DNA from: the human T2T-CHM13v2.0 reference genome, Homo sapiens
Length of the DNA stretch: 64,000 nucleotides
Strand: one strand, 5' to 3'
Assembly (NCBI RefSeq): GCF_009914755.1
Contig: NC_060926.1
In this document: positions 25,082 to 39,783 of the stretch, in pieces
Layout: every line of letters starts with the position of its first letter
How positions within the stretch are numbered: position 1 is the first letter of the stretch
The notes under the pieces: model-generated
Databases searched by the model: none
Seen by the model: the letters and a program-made list of their open reading frames with translations, nothing else
What the model was told of the DNA's origin: nothing
Made by a program: the position numbers and the translations under genes

Positions 25082-27948
25082 CCCATTTGTTTTTTTTTGT
25101 GTGTGAGTATAATTTATATGAAATGAGGAGGGCAGACTTTGGAAGGGAGGATGCACCCTCAGGAGTAGATGAGGTTCTAGCCTCGTCTATACCACAGGGA
25201 TGTGCCTTTACTTCCTTCTCCTGCATTAGGCATCAAAACTAGATCATCACACTCTCCTCAGTCTGACGACTCTTTCCATCAGAGCCACTATAGATCAATC
25301 AATCAGAGCAGGCTCTTGTTCTGAGGCATTCATGGGGGGCATGTGGGCTCTTGTGCAATTCCTACCCTCCATTTGTCTGTCTTCCCTGAGCTGGCCAAAG
25401 TAGGCAAGATGTAGTCCACACAGGAGTCAGAAGGCAGGAGGGTATCTTGGGCATGGGAGGCAGTCCCTTAAAATTCTGCCATGCTGTGGGAGCTGGATAG
25501 TCATGCTTGCATGCTGGTCATGAGGGGAGGTGATCAAGTGGCACTTTGAAGTTCCATAGGTGCTTCAGGACAGAACACTGGAATACACAGGTGTCTAGGT
25601 CTCACATTCTTATTTCCTGGTCCAGGTGTGACAGTCGATAAGCAGACTTTACATTTCGGTGTTTTCCTGCATAGTAGGTACAATCGGTGATGGGATTATT
25701 TTTCTCTCCCCCATTCATGCCTGCTTCTTTAAGATTTTAATATTAAGAATTGTTTTATGAAATTAATGTTAAAATACTACAGTGTTCTCTTCCCTGGGGG
25801 TGCAATAGACAGGTCGGTGTTCCTGGGATTCCTTCTGAGTGCCCATCATCCAGCCTCACTTCCCTTTGCCTCCACACTGGCCCCAGTGGCCTTCTTTGGA
25901 GGATGCCCATGGGCCCCTGGAGCTGCTTGGGGAAAGGTACAGAGAGCCAGAAGTGCCTGGGGGTTTACATTCGCTCTGAGGCGGCCAGTAGCGGAGAACC
26001 GAATATGGGAGTGACAAAGGTCAGTGGCCTTGCTTCAATGTGGGCCCATTTATGCTTTGGAATCTGGCAGAGGCTGGGCCGGAATCTCACCTGTGCTTGG
26101 CTTTTTCCCCATTTCTGTTCTGTTCCCCTCATCCCCTTTCCGTTTTCTCCTGGGAGCACTTTATTGATATATAACTGACAAGTGAATTGTAGTCTCCAGA
26201 TCTGATTCTGGGGGACCCATTTTAAGATGGGGGTGGCAGAAGGTGGGGGGATGGCATGAGAGTGTAGATCGTAGATAATCCTAATCACAGCTGAAGTAAA
26301 GCTGCCCTGTGTGCACAGGATCCCTGCATAGAGGCCCATGGGATGACTGGAGTGCCCATTTACCCAGTAGGGCCTGGTGAGTAATAGCATGGGCCTGGGC
26401 TGCCTGTGTTCTCCAGAGGAGGACTAAGATGGGGGCTGAGAATCTGAGTGGGCCACAGTCATTTATGCAGCTCAGGCTAAACCACTTCTGGATGCTCGAG
26501 AGTTGGTTGCAGTTGATCTTTTCAGTTTCTAAGATTGGAAGTTGGCATCACCCATGAGATAGTCACGATGGCCTCCAAGGACAGGGAGATTTTGAGTGTG
26601 GCCTGACCCCTGCTCTGCTGTTCTCCCCAGTGCCAAGGTAAAGGGATTCATTTGGCTTTTCTTTCCCTTATGGAAAAGCCCAATTCACTGCTTTTCACTG
26701 TGGTTGCAGTGTGGAAGTACTCCTTCTGCATGAATTAAAAGGAAACAGAAGCAAGCATTTTCCAGAAATTCTAAGTTGAAATGAAAAACCTATTGGCTTT
26801 GGCTAAGTAGTTTATTTTCTCTTTCTTTCTCCCCCTTCCTTCCACCACCCTTTTTGGATTTTTTTTTTTAACACTATCATATGAGTCAGAATAGGTGTAT
26901 CACTTTTAATTATTGTTGATTACCATTCATGTTGGAACAGCTACCTTGTAACGCCATCTCCTATCAGGAAATAAATGCCGACTTAGTGACCTGCGTGAGA
27001 TAGCTAGCGACCCATCCCACTGGGGAGATGGCGGGCAGCCGCCTGGCGCTTGTTGAATTAAGAAGTGTGACTACAGTAATTAGCAGCAAGTATCCACCAC
27101 AGGATAGAGCAAATTCAGGGCAGAGCTCAGTCGTCATACAGGTTGACCTTGGTGTGGGAGAAATGAGGGATTTGGGATTGGGGCCTGGAGGGTTGGGGCA
27201 GGGGTCGCGAGAAAGAAGGTCAGTAGCAGAAACCAATTTGACATCTCTGAGCTTTTGTAATAGGATTTACCCCAGGCTTGTAGACCTGGGAATTGTCGCC
27301 TATGTAAAAGCTTGTGGCCAATTCGGCAGCCCTGGAGTGTGTATTTGGGAATGGAAGGGTTAAGTCTTGACTGCTTTGCCTCTAGTATGTGCTTAATGGA
27401 ACACAAACAAAAAGGAAGAGACATAGTGTTAAAATAGAACTGGGGCGCAGATTGAGATGATACGTGATTACTAGCAGTTGTACAATTTATGGAAAAAATG
27501 TGCATGCAGGTCTTTTAGGAAGTGTAAATAAAACAGATGGATTTATGGAAGGGGGAAGTAGGCTTTACACACCCAGCTCCTAGATCAACAAATGTTGCCC
27601 TTAAGGTAAATTTTTGAAAAATGTTCTAAGCTTATATTAGTCACACCCATTTATTTTTGGCATAATTTGTGCACTCTTTGGAAGTTGGCAAGAGCAGGAA
27701 TGTTGGGGCCAACATTTGGTCTTGCTTCAGGAGTTTCTATGAATATGAATGCCTGAAGTTTACATAGGCTTATGCCGTCTCTATAGCAACGTGTGTTTGT
27801 TGTGAAAATCTAGCCTTTTAAAGTCAAAAATCCATATGTTAACCTCAAATTCAACACGCTATCTAATTCTGGTGTTTAAAAAACCCTTTTAGGACTGTTG
27901 CACTTTTAATATTGGATTGGATTGGAGGGTGAGTTCATGGGTGTCCCT

Positions 27949-27950
<2 letters not shown>

Positions 27951-27985
<35 letters not shown>
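27951..27985. repeat. (CA)n microsatellite
   Basis: Read directly. Confidence 0.95.
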
Positions 27986-27989
<4 letters not shown>

Positions 27990-29559
27990 CGTGTGCACAC
28001 AAGGTCTGTGCAAGGCAGACCTCTTGCTTATGGAAGTTAACCTTCATGTGCCTCCAAATGGAGCTGGATGAGAGGAGCTTCAGATGATCATGGAGCTGCC
28101 CAGGGGAATCTGAGAGTCACGTTTGAAGCACCAAAGGAGAAAATGACTTGGTAGATTGTGCATTTTCCACTGGGTGTTTGGAACTTGGGGGAGACCTTGG
28201 GAGGACCATCAGGCTGGCTCTGGTCTTCCCCAACCTAGAGAACAGACAGCAGGCTGTAGGGAAACTGGCAAGAATGAGGCCGCAGAGCCCAAGGCACGGA
28301 AACTTATCTGTGCATCTTAGTACCTGTCAGATTTTCATATGGTTGGAATTGTTCTTGAACTTAATGGGGTTCTTGGTTGAACTCCAGTGAGATAACAGTT
28401 GTAGGTGGGAACCTGAATATATTTACTGCTCTCTTCAGGGGAAAGAACTAGCTTTTTGCAAAATTATGATGTCCTGTGCCCATAGTCTCTGGGTTCTGGT
28501 GTCCTGCATTTTTCAGGGATGCTCTTTCCCGAGACCCAGTGCTTCCTAAGATCCTCATGCTCTCCCCTCCCCAAACTGGCTCTCAGAATAGCATAGGCTC
28601 AACTCTTTTAGACTGATGTTTAAGAGGAAGAGAAGGAAGAGAAGTGGACTTGGAACAAAGATTGTGTTTCCCATTAGAATCTGGGGCCTACCTCTTAAGA
28701 GCGGCCATTGAACAATTTGCAGATACTCTTAAATCCTCAATTTTGGCATAAAGAAAACAACACCAGCTCAAATGAGATAATGGATGTGACAGAGCTTTGT
28801 AAATTCTCAGCTCCTATTCAAATGTGAGTTTATTATTACAATCACTTTAATAAGGGATGGCAAATAGTGTTCTACTCAGATCCTAGCTTTGCTCAGTGGG
28901 TTGTAGCTGCTTGCAGTGTTGTGCTGAGAAAGATTCTGAGATTCTTTCACAAGGAAGTGCGGAGATTGACTAGTGATGTCTGTCATGGGCACCAGAAGCC
29001 TGGAGGGGTCCTATCCAGTGTCAAGTGTTGGCACTTCGAGATCCATTTGCTTTTTAAGAGTGATAGAGAGTATGAAAAAAGGAGATAAATCTTTAAAGTA
29101 AAATTTTAGATATCAGTGTGTGGCAAAGGCATTGTTTTGAGGAAGTGAGCCTCTTAATGCCCAGAATCAAGCTTGTGTATAGTTCTGACTCTGTCATTGG
29201 AAGACAGTTCTAATGTTATTTCCCAAGGCTGTTTCCCTGGTTGTCTGGTTACGGAGGTGCTAATAATTGGGACATGTGTTTCTTTTTCCCTTTCTGTTGT
29301 CCCATTAATCACACTGTCTCTTTCATACATTTTGACCTTTGATAAGATTCAGCTTATCACTTGGCTCATTGTTGTTCTCTGTTGATCGCAACATGTACGG
29401 ATTCTATATGTACAAATGTTTTAGCCATAGGTACAGATTCATCTGTGAAACTGTAAATTGCTTGAGGAAAGCAGTTATGTCCCACATTTTCTCTGCCCTT
29501 GATTCCTAGTCTAGTGTAGGACATATAATAATTTGCTAAGCAAATTCTGAATTGCTCAG

Positions 29560-32120
29560 TAAATTATTTTTCTGATTATATATTAATTTTGGAAAACTTG
29601 AAAAAATATAAATGAGTAAATAAAAAAAGATGTTAAAACATTAGTACTAGAATTAATTACCATGAACATTTTGGTAAGTTTCCTGCCAGCATTTTATTAC
29701 ATGTACATATTTACATATAAATTTTAAAATAATTTAGAGCATACTTTATAATTACATGATCTGGATTTTCCTTTTATGCTACATTATAAGTACTTCTCTG
29801 GATCTTTAAAAGAGTCTTGGCAAATATTAAAATACTTGAATTTTAATTTTAAAACTTCAACTATTTTTTATTAGTTTGTGATTTCAACAGTAACGCATGC
29901 CATTGTAAAAAAAAAAAAAGTTGAAGATATGAAAAGTAAATATCCTCTCTCCTCTTCTCTCCTTTTTTTCACTCAGTTGATGTAACTCCTTTTTAGCAAT
30001 TTCTTATATTTCTATTCAGACATTAGTTTTGCATGTACAGGCACAGAAAACGTGGGTTCATATTATTCATACAGTTTTGCGACATTTTTGCACGTATTAT
30101 ATCTTGGACATCTTTTATGTTACTACATACAAATCCACCTTATTCTTTTAAACTACTGCTAGGTATTCCATTCTAGGAAAATCTCATCTTTAACCAAACT
30201 TCTATTGATAGCTATTTAAGTGATTTCCCTTTTTTATATATATTTTTTGAGACAGGTTCTCACTTTATTGCCCAGGCTGGAGAGCAATGGTGTACTCACA
30301 GCTCACTGCAGTCTCAACTTCCTGGGCTCAAGTGATCCTTCCGCCTCAGCCTCCTGAGCAGCTGGGACTATAGGCTCATGCCTGGCTAATTAAAAAAAAA
30401 ATCTATATATCTATATATATTTGTAGAGACAGGGCTTCACTATTCTGCCCAGGCTGGTTTCAAGCTCCTGGCCTTAAGCAATACTTCCTTGGCCCCACAA
30501 TGTGTTGAGATTATAGGCATAAACCACATGCCCAGGCCTTTTTTTTTTCCTCTTATAAACAATGCTGCATCAGGCATCTCTGTGCATATATTTCTGTGCG
30601 CATCTTTGCACATATGTTTTAGTGTACAAGTGTTTATGTAGGATGAATGCCCGAAATGGAAATTCTGGGCTAAAGGGAGGGTTCACATGTAAAGTATTAA
30701 AAGATATGGACAAGTTGCTCTCCAAAAATGTTTATGCATTTACATTCTCATCAGCTATGCATAGTCTTTCTGGTTTCCCATACTCTTATCAATAATGGGG
30801 ACAAAAAATGAAAAACCACACACATAAAACCAAACAAACAATAATCTCACTGTTTTTAAATTTACATGTCATTCATTATAAGTGAGTCTGTGCATTTATT
30901 CACACATTTAGCCACTCGTATTTTTTATTCTATAAACTGCAGTTCACATACTTTGTATATTTTTGTATCATGTTATTTATAAGTTTCTAATTGATACATT
31001 TTATGTCTTTAGATATTAAGAAAATTATTTGTTGTATGTGATAGAAGTAGTTCCACAATTTTTTTTTGTCTTTCTCTGACTGTTATGGTGTTTTTACAGC
31101 AGTTAAAAATGTTTATGTATTCAAGCTTGTTAGTTTTTTTCTCAATTATTTTATTTCATGTTAAGAAGAGTCTAATTTATTCCAAGATAATTTAGACCAT
31201 TCCCCTGTCTTTCCTTTACCGGTTTAAAAAATGTTATTATTTTCATGTTATAAGAGCATGTTATTTTCATGTTTAAATTAAACAAAAATGTAATATAGGG
31301 TACTGGCATAAACTTTTCCCCAAACATTTAGCTAGTTATCTTACACCATTTGTTGAATAATCTATATTTTCTCTTGTGATCTGAAGTGCTACCTTTATCA
31401 TATACTAAATTCTTATATATGACTTGGCTTCCTTTGAACCTTCTACTCTTTCTAGTCCTACATTTGTTCCTTATTGTTTAAATTATTATAGTTTTAACAT
31501 ATTTTATAACAGTGAGGTCTAGACTATACTTGTTAATCTTCTTTTTAAAACACATTTCTTGGCTATTTTCACATGGCCTATTTTCCCAGATGACCGTGGA
31601 ATCATTTTGTTAAATTTGTACTTTCCCAACAAAACAAACAAAACTGTTTTTGAGATTTTGATTGGGATTATGTTGAATTTATAGACTAAGATGGAGAGAA
31701 TTACCATCTTTACACTACTGAGACTTCCTACCCAAGAATACAGTTTTTATTTCATTTTATTCATATCTTATTTTGTGTTTCTCAGTAAGCATAACTTTTA
31801 AAGGCTTTACAATACTTTGCCTATGGATTTACCATAATTTACATGATTCTTCCCTTATTGCTGAATCAGTTCCCATCTCTTTCTACATTAAACAATGTGA
31901 CAGGGAGCATTAGTATGCTTTGCTCTTTGAACATGTTTTGCCAATTTCCTTAGAATACATTTCCAGTGGATCAAAGGATCTAGGCATTTTAAAGGCTTTT
32001 GGTAGCTATTGAGAGATGGCTTTTTAGAGAGGCTCAAATAATTGACCCTCCTACTGGTAGTGTCAGAGTACTTGTCTGGCTGAAGTCTCACCAGCATTTT
32101 GAGTATTAGTATTAATAGTA
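29560..32120 (-). mobile_element. Highly decayed L1ME-like fragments
   Basis: AT-rich antisense L1-like segments such as caccatttgttgaataatct and gagattttgattgggattatgttgaatttatag. Confidence 0.6.
30244..30538 (-). mobile_element. AluJ-like SINE
   Basis: Diverged antisense Alu dimer. Confidence 0.9.
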
Positions 32121-34434
32121 TCTTTGCTAAGTTGGTGTGAATGAGTTAAGTGGTGGGTGGGACACAGCATTGGATGGCTGCCTCTGCCTATCTGTGAATA
32201 GATTTTTAGAAATGTTCTCCTTTGCTACATGCTTTTCTCTACAGTATAGTCAGGGGGCAGTTTTCACTCTTCACTAAGATTAGCTTTGAGCCAACTTTGA
32301 AGACATTTACTTTAGTAACTTCTTATGTTTTTTGGAAATTTCATTTGTCCACTGATATCTAGGAATGAAGGGTAAATTTTGAGAGGCGGATTTCCATTTT
32401 GTTGTGATAGACTTATCTAAGAGTAGTCAAGACAGATGAGACCCCCCACCCCCATCTGCCCCAACACACATACACACAAGTGGCTGAGACTCTGCAAATT
32501 TCAGCTGAGCAACTTGGGGTTGACTTGGGCCAAGGTTGAGAGAAGGTGTTCAAATTTCATGCTCCAAATAGGTCTCTGGAACAGAAGAGTTCTTCTTGCT
32601 TTCCAACTGCAAATGTCATTTGGATTTCCCAAGCTTAGGACCCAGAAGTGTTCTTTTGTGAGAAGCAAATGCCAAATTTACTAGGACGGCCTTAGATGGA
32701 CAACCAGACAATCATACTGGTAATGCCTCTTTGCTTTGGGGTTACTATCGCTCCTGTTTACTTTGGCAGGCTTTGAGCATGGGAATCAGACATTTAAAAT
32801 GCTCTCCTTTCCATCCAAAAACCCTCTTTGCTGCCACCACCTTGCTGTAGAACCCCCTCCATCAAGATTTTTTGGTGGGGTGGGTCATGCTTTTACAGGG
32901 CTGTTTCTTTCGGGGTAAGCCTATTAGGCTTCTAGGATGTTTTAATTGGGGCAGTGTAATTGTAGGGTGCCACAAAGGCCCTGGCAAGGGGTACTTTATA
33001 AATCAGATTATTATGCTTAGTTGTGTTAATGGACATTTATATGCCCTAAATCCTTCATATAGCAATGAGATAATAGCCCTTAAGGCCATAGTTACTATTT
33101 TGGGTAGCGCTTACTTGTAAAACTGGATCATTTTATTGTGAAGCTGTTTTCAGTTAGAGAGTATGTAAAACCCTTTGAAAGACAGAATTTCAATTTTGTG
33201 GTTGCTGTCTTCTATAGCTTAAATGGTAAAATCATTATACACACACACATATATATATATATGAAAGCTTTGAACCAGTTAACATTGTGCTCCTGAAGCA
33301 GGACTTCTTAATAATGGGGAACTGCAAAACCTTAGAGGAATTTGACCAAATGTCCAACCTTTCTCCTGACCAGTAATAATGTTAACTTTTGGGAGACAGA
33401 TTCTGGTTTTGTTTTGTTTGTTTCTCAGTGGTTGCAGGGGCCCAGGGAAGGTTAGGAAGCTGTGTTCTAGTGATAGTCAGTGATACAGAGGACAGAGGAC
33501 ACAGGTTATGTGGCTACAATGGAGAGTCTGAATGCACTGGTTGCATTGACAAGGATTTTCAAGTGCATTTTCATTCCTAGGCTTGAGACTGATGGACAGA
33601 GCACCCAACTGGCTTGACAGGAAGTCCCCTGTCCTCTGGGAGCCTGGCTACTTTGTTTGGAGGTTCATAGTAAGCAAATTGGACAGATTGTGGGTAGCTC
33701 GCTGTGCTACTTTGTGAGGTGTAGATATGGCTGGAATTAGATAAGACTGAACATTGTATGACACAGGGGCATGGATCGTTTCCACGACAGAGAGGATCCA
33801 ATGCAGTGGGGACATCCCAAATTGACTGCAAATGCCTTCCCTGCCCCTGCCATTGGCTCACTTTTCCCAGATCCTTTTCCCTTTATTTACAGCTAAAGGG
33901 CTTCCTAAGTTTCAAGAGCACACACCTGCTTGGTTCCTAGGATGGCGACTGGGACTATTTGGAAGAAGCTACTCTGAGGGTGGAAACTTTGTCCCAGACA
34001 CCCCAGAGGACCAAATAATCAGATTATGGGAAAAATTCTCACATTCCTACTAGGTACTTTTGAAACTCCCCTGGTGTCTACGATTTCCTTTCCTCTGTTC
34101 TCCTTTGCTCCCTGTTCTTCTTTCTGGTGTCAAATCTGTTAGTCTGAAGGATGAGCCATCAATGGCAACTTCCACGGCACCATTCGGGCTGCTTCTGATC
34201 TCCCCTCCTTCCCTGTGTAAGCCCTGCCAGAATCCATCTCACCTTTGCTCTGACCTTTCTCTTGTGTGTGACCCTGGGCCCCTCATCTGTCTTCTTCCTT
34301 CGTACAGGTCCACATCAGTCTTATTTCGTCTTTGAAACCTTTCTCGCCACTCCAGATGTTGGTAGACATTAATTGTACCTGTCGTTTGGGGTTTATATTA
34401 CCCTGCTGCCCCACCTAGGGTATTCATAAAGCAA

Positions 34435-34690
34435 AGAGGCAGTATTCATGGTGGTTAAGAGTTTGGCCCCTGGAGTCTTTACCTGGCTTGAGTCCTGCTT
34501 CTAACCCTTGCTGATGTGTGGCCCTGACATGACAGTTCATCCCCTGAGCCTTAGTTTCTCATGGAAGACTAGAGCATACCTCATTACATAGTCAAGAGGC
34601 TTAAACACAGTTCAAAGCCATTGAAAGCTCTTCTCGTGGCGGTGGGTAGTAAGCACTCAAGAAGTGTTAGCTGCTGTCATTGCTGTTATT
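34435..34690 (+). mobile_element. MIR
   Basis: gaggcagtattcatggtggttaagagtttggcccctggagtc..ctgagccttagtttctcat..gtaagcactcaagaagtgttagct. Confidence 0.75.
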
Positions 34691-35089
34691 ATTATAATTA
34701 TTTTGATAGATCATCATGTCCCATCGTAAGGTCTTTGACATCCTCCCAGTATCTACCAGACCTGTGCCTACAGGTAATAAGCTGTCCCAGGGAAGGATGA
34801 GGATGGCATAAGCCTCATCTCCTCCCCATGCTGACCCTTTGGCTCCCAGGACAGGATGTTTGGCAGCACAGAGGTCCTGCCAAGGTTGTTGGCAAATAAA
34901 CACTACCATGTTCTTTAGGAAGCCAATAAGGTGACCTGCAGTTTTCTGTGCAGAGGGTTGGGGCGGGGGTGGGAGGAGGTGAGTGTGGCAGGAGAGATGA
35001 GGCTTTGCAGAAGTGGGAAGAATAACTGGGAGCCACTTCTCCTTTGTCTGTCCTATAAACTTGCTGTTTCTGGAGGAAAGGAGTTTAGA

Positions 35090-35310
35090 GGAATGAGGAC
35101 TGTGTTGGAGTCAGATTTGGGCCAGGGTTTCAGGTCCTAGTTCCGTCACTTGCCAGCTATGTAAGACTGGGTACCTCACAATCTTTGGGGCTGCAGTCCC
35201 CACATCTGTAAAGCTGGGATGATGTACTTCTCAGGGATGCTGGGGGAATCCAGAGAGCTAGTCCCTGTGTAAGTGCTGTGTGAAAAACTACACAAATATT
35301 AGTTGTCATA
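35090..35310 (+). mobile_element. MIR fragment
   Basis: ttggagtcagatttgggcc..cacttgccagctatgtaagactggg..cacatctgtaaagctgggatgat. Confidence 0.6.
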
Positions 35311-35526
35311 ATCAGACACACTCTGTATTAATAGCTTTTATTTCACTATTGCAGCTTACTTGTTCCCCCTTCTTTGTCCTTCTGTCCTGTTCTTCCCCTC
35401 CTATTTATTTGCCCTGTATTTCTGTTTCCCTCTTTGGTTGCAATGGCAGATCTTTATTTAGTCTACAAGAAAACAGCAGAGGGGAGTAGAGTTCCAGGTT
35501 TCTGGCTAGGACCTCTGCTTTCACAA

Positions 35527-35692
35527 ATTTTTTTTTTTTTTCTTTAGAGACAGGGTCTCATTTTGTCACCTGGGCTGGAGTGGCACAATCATAGCTCACT
35601 GCAGCCTTCAACTCCTGGGCTCAAGCGATCTCCTGCCTCAGTCTCCCAAGTAGCTGGGACTATAAGCATGTGCCAGCATGCCCAGCTAACTT

Positions 35693-35723
<31 letters not shown>

Positions 35724-35806
35724 TGGATAACAGGTCTCAGTATATTGCCCACGCTGATCTTGCACTCCTGGGCTCAAGAGATCCTCCCACCTCGGCTTCC
35801 CAATGC
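35527..35806 (-). mobile_element. AluJ-like SINE
   Basis: Antisense Alu with an expanded middle A-tract. Confidence 0.9.
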
Positions 35807-36317
35807 ACTACTCTTGCATTGAACCACTTTCCTTTTCAGCTTTCAGACGGGCTTAGTGCTGAGGCCGAGGCTGGGATGTTCCAAATCCCTGCTCAGAGTT
35901 CCTTCTCTGTTCACATGCACTCTTGTCTCCACAGCTGGAGACTAAACTTGTTTAGGGTAAATATTATGGTTTGTATTACTTTGTACAAAGGCAGGTACAC
36001 AGTAGGCAATCTGTAATTGTTACTCAGTGGTGCTACTTTTTGGGAAGCGATAAGAAAAATGGGACAAATACTCTTGCAGCCTGTGGATCAGTACCTCTCA
36101 GAGGGCACACTCGAGCAGTGGCCCAAAGGGACACAGGCTCAGGCTCCTGGTCTGAAAGAGTATAGGGTTGAGAGCTGGTCTCCAGGATGGGGTGGTGGGT
36201 GAGGTCCTGGTCATCCACATGCTCTGGGCTGAGGGTTATTCTTGTTTCCTAGCCAGCAGAGGAGAGTTTGGGCAGGCTCATGGTTCTGTGGGTTAGCTTG
36301 TTTGAAATATGCCTCCA

Positions 36318-36452
36318 GCTGGTGCATGGTGCCATGCACCTGTAGTCCCAGCTACTTGGGAGCTGAGGTGGGAGGATAGCTTTAGCCCCAGGAGTTCAAA
36401 TCCAGCATGGGCAACATAGTGAGATCCCATCTCTTAAAAAAAAATAAGTAAA
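36318..36452 (+). mobile_element. FLAM monomer
   Basis: Single left-type Alu monomer with an A tail. Confidence 0.85.
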
Positions 36453-36649
36453 GAAATGGCAACCCCATGATAACAGAACAACATGGTGTTATGGTCCTGG
36501 GGAACTTCCTTTCCTGTGTGTGGAAAACCGACCAACTGGACCTCTATCCTGTGGCTTAAAAGCGTGGAAACTTAGACAGTTGCTGAACAGGGCCTTAGAT
36601 ATATTCAGACAGCAGAGGAGAGCTGTTTAGCCAGAACAGAAGCCCATGT

Positions 36650-38300
36650 GGTTGACTCATTCGTTTATCCATAAGTCACTTCTCAGTTAGTTGAGTATGC
36701 CCTCCTTGGTGGACTCAGGGTGACATAGGGTAGAGCATCCCAGAAACTGTCACAATTCCTTGGGAACTTATAGTCCATCAGGAAGAAAGATACATTATGA
36801 ATAGTTACCCAAATGTATATAATTATGGTAAGTAACATAAAGGCAAAGTGTGGAGGGGTCATGACTTGCAGGGAGACCTGACCTAGTTTGGAGGGTCAGG
36901 AAAGGATTCTCCCTCCACATGACACTTAAGAGATCCAAAAGATGAGCAGGGGAAGGGTGTTCAGACAGCCCTGATGCCAGCTAGTGCAAAGACTCTTTGG
37001 TAATTAGAAGAGCGCACCTCTTTAAGCTAGTTCATTGCTGAATCATTGTAGCAACTCTGCATCTGTGATGCCAGTGAGGCAAACGGTGTCGCCTGGAGTC
37101 ATGCAGTGCATGGCTTGTGCAGTGCAAGGGAGGCTCTGGCTTCAGGAAGAGGAATGGCCCCAGGTTGAGCAGGAGCTCGGGCTATTAGAGGAAAACTCTG
37201 TGCAACCAGCTGAATGCAGGCAAGCCAGGGGAAAAGAGAATGAGGAGGGGGAAGAGGTGGGCCGGGGTTGAGACATGTAGCACATGGAAATCCCTGTTAA
37301 GGATTTGAAGGATTTTAAGTCATTGAAGGGTTTTAAGCAAAGAAACAACTTGGTCGTTTTTATATGTTAAAAAGTTTACTCTGGTTGCTGGTTGAAGAAT
37401 GGTTCAGAAGGCCAAAGTGGATGTGGAAAGACCAGATAGGAGGATTTTATAGTCCTGTGCTTGTGGGTAGGAGTGCAAAGATTAGATAAATATTTGGGAG
37501 GTGGAATGGATAGAATTTAGGGATGGATGATGTGTATGTGGGAGGCATGAAGGGGAAGGAGGAGTCAACCTTTAAAGGCTGTCCTGAGAATCAGGAGCTG
37601 GCTAAGATAATTGCAAGGAGCATTCAGAGAGAGAGAGAGAGAGGACAGTGTCCTGGATGCCAAGGAAGGGGTTGTCTCTAGAAGGAGGGATCAGTGGGTC
37701 ACTGTGTCAAAAGCCATAGACAGATCAGTGAGAGGCAACTCGGACTTGGCAAAGTCAGGCTTGGTGGATACATAAGTGTGAGAGTCAGGCTGGAACAGGC
37801 TGAGGAGTGGACGGGAGATGAGGAAGAGGAGAGAGTCAATGCAGGCAACTCATGAGATGTTTGTGAAGGAAAGAAGTAAGAGTGGGTGGTAGCTAATGGG
37901 AAATGTGGGTCTGGGGGGTCAGGTAGGGAGGATAATGTGGGAGAGAGTAGGATGGAAGGATTTAGTGGAGACAAAGAAATAGAGAGATACAGGACACAGA
38001 GAGGGTAACTGATAATGACAGGTTCTGGAGAAGGCAGGAAAGGGTGGGAGCCACTTATCTAAGGCAAGATTGGCTGTGGATAGAGAGTGGGGTATCTCCA
38101 TGGAAACAGCGGTGAAGGAGGAGAGGATGAAGTAGATGCAGGTGGGTCTGTCAGTTTGGTGGTGGGAAGCTGGTAGAGTTTCTTTTATGTGGGTTCTGTT
38201 AACTCTCTGGAGTAAGAGGCAAGATTGTCTGCTGAGAGGCTGAAGATGAAATTTATGTGATGGACCAGCACCAGATGAAGCCTGAGAAGTTTGCCGAAAG
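36650..38300 (-). mobile_element. L2 LINE fragments
   Basis: Purine-rich L2-like segments such as cattgaagggttttaagcaaagaaacaac and gatgccaaggaaggggttgtctctagaaggaggga. Confidence 0.6.
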
Positions 38301-38493
38301 AACAAAGGAGTGAGTGGAATCGCTAACATCCATATAATATTGTATAATTTACAAATCACCCACACATACTTCATTTCATTTCAACCTTACTTCAAACACA
38401 TGTGTTGGTTGATATTATCCTCTATCTTTAAGATGAAAATAAGGTCCAAGTTGGGTTCAAATTATTATGGGACCCATGCCCCACTAAAAGGAT

Positions 38494-39080
38494 GCTGAGG
38501 AGCCCATTCTGCACTCCACCCTAACCAGCTTAGTGGGTTTTGTGTTTTTAGGTCCGTGCTGCATGGGAATCCCCTTCCTACATTTGAGAAACTTCCTGCC
38601 ATGTGATTCTTAGGGTGAGCAGAGCTAGCCTTTCAGTAGAGAAGCCTAGAAGGCCAATCAATACCTGCCCTCCTGAGCCCCCCCAGGTGTCTAGGATGCA
38701 GGTTAGCACTAGTGCTCTGACAATTGCACGACCCTACCTGAGGCTCTGAATTGAGAGCTGGTGAGGCCAAGAAATGGGGATGGTCCTGCTAGGGTGGTGG
38801 CAGCGGCAGCAATGGCAGTGACATCGGGTTTCCAGGGGCTGTGCCACCAATGAAGGCACTTGCAGTGGTGACACAGGCTCAGGTGAACTCTTCAAAATGT
38901 GCCTGTAGGGAATCTGGGGCTGTGGTTCCAGGACCCGGCTTTCTTTTGTGCCTGCCCATTCCCTGAACCTCTTTCTCCAAGCATTCTGGAGTCTGTGAGC
39001 TGCCTTTAGTAAAGTCTTTTTTTGCTCAGTTCAGGCAGAGCCATTTCTATTGTTTGTGGCCAACAACCCTGACTGGTACA
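38494..39080 (+). mobile_element. ERVL-class solo LTR (LTR16-like)
   Basis: tg...ca ends. The 3' end agtaaagtctttttttgctcag..gttgtttgtggccaacaaccctgactggtaca-like pattern is typical of LTR16. Confidence 0.5.
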
Positions 39081-39470
39081 CCTGCTTAAACCAAGAGCAT
39101 TGTTACATCTGCAAGAAGAGTCTGCAGCTCACCATAGTGTATTTAAGTTCTCAACATCCAAGTTATGTAGAAGACTCCAAGTTGAGGAGTGGGCATTCAC
39201 ACTTGTTCTTGTTGCTCAGGAAAATTAACCTCATTCAGACTGAGGAGAACAGAAATACTTTGAGAAATCTCACAAAATAGGTGGGTACCTTATTCACATG
39301 CTAGGGGTTTTCATGTTACTGGAGGAGTTTGGGTGTAGAGTGATCCTTGTGTCCAGATCTTTGGAGCCAGTCAGCAATCGATATTGAGCCATTGGGTTGA
39401 CTTTGCTACCTAGAATTCAGAGACAGTCCTCAGTTTCTTAGATATGGCTTCAGTCTCAAAAGTCAGGGTT

Positions 39471-39783
<313 letters not shown>

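Noticed and set aside
25750-26390. Overlapping ORFs of about 140 aa on both strands
   Set aside because: They have non-ATG or weak starts, no domain signature and a composition typical of non-coding DNA.
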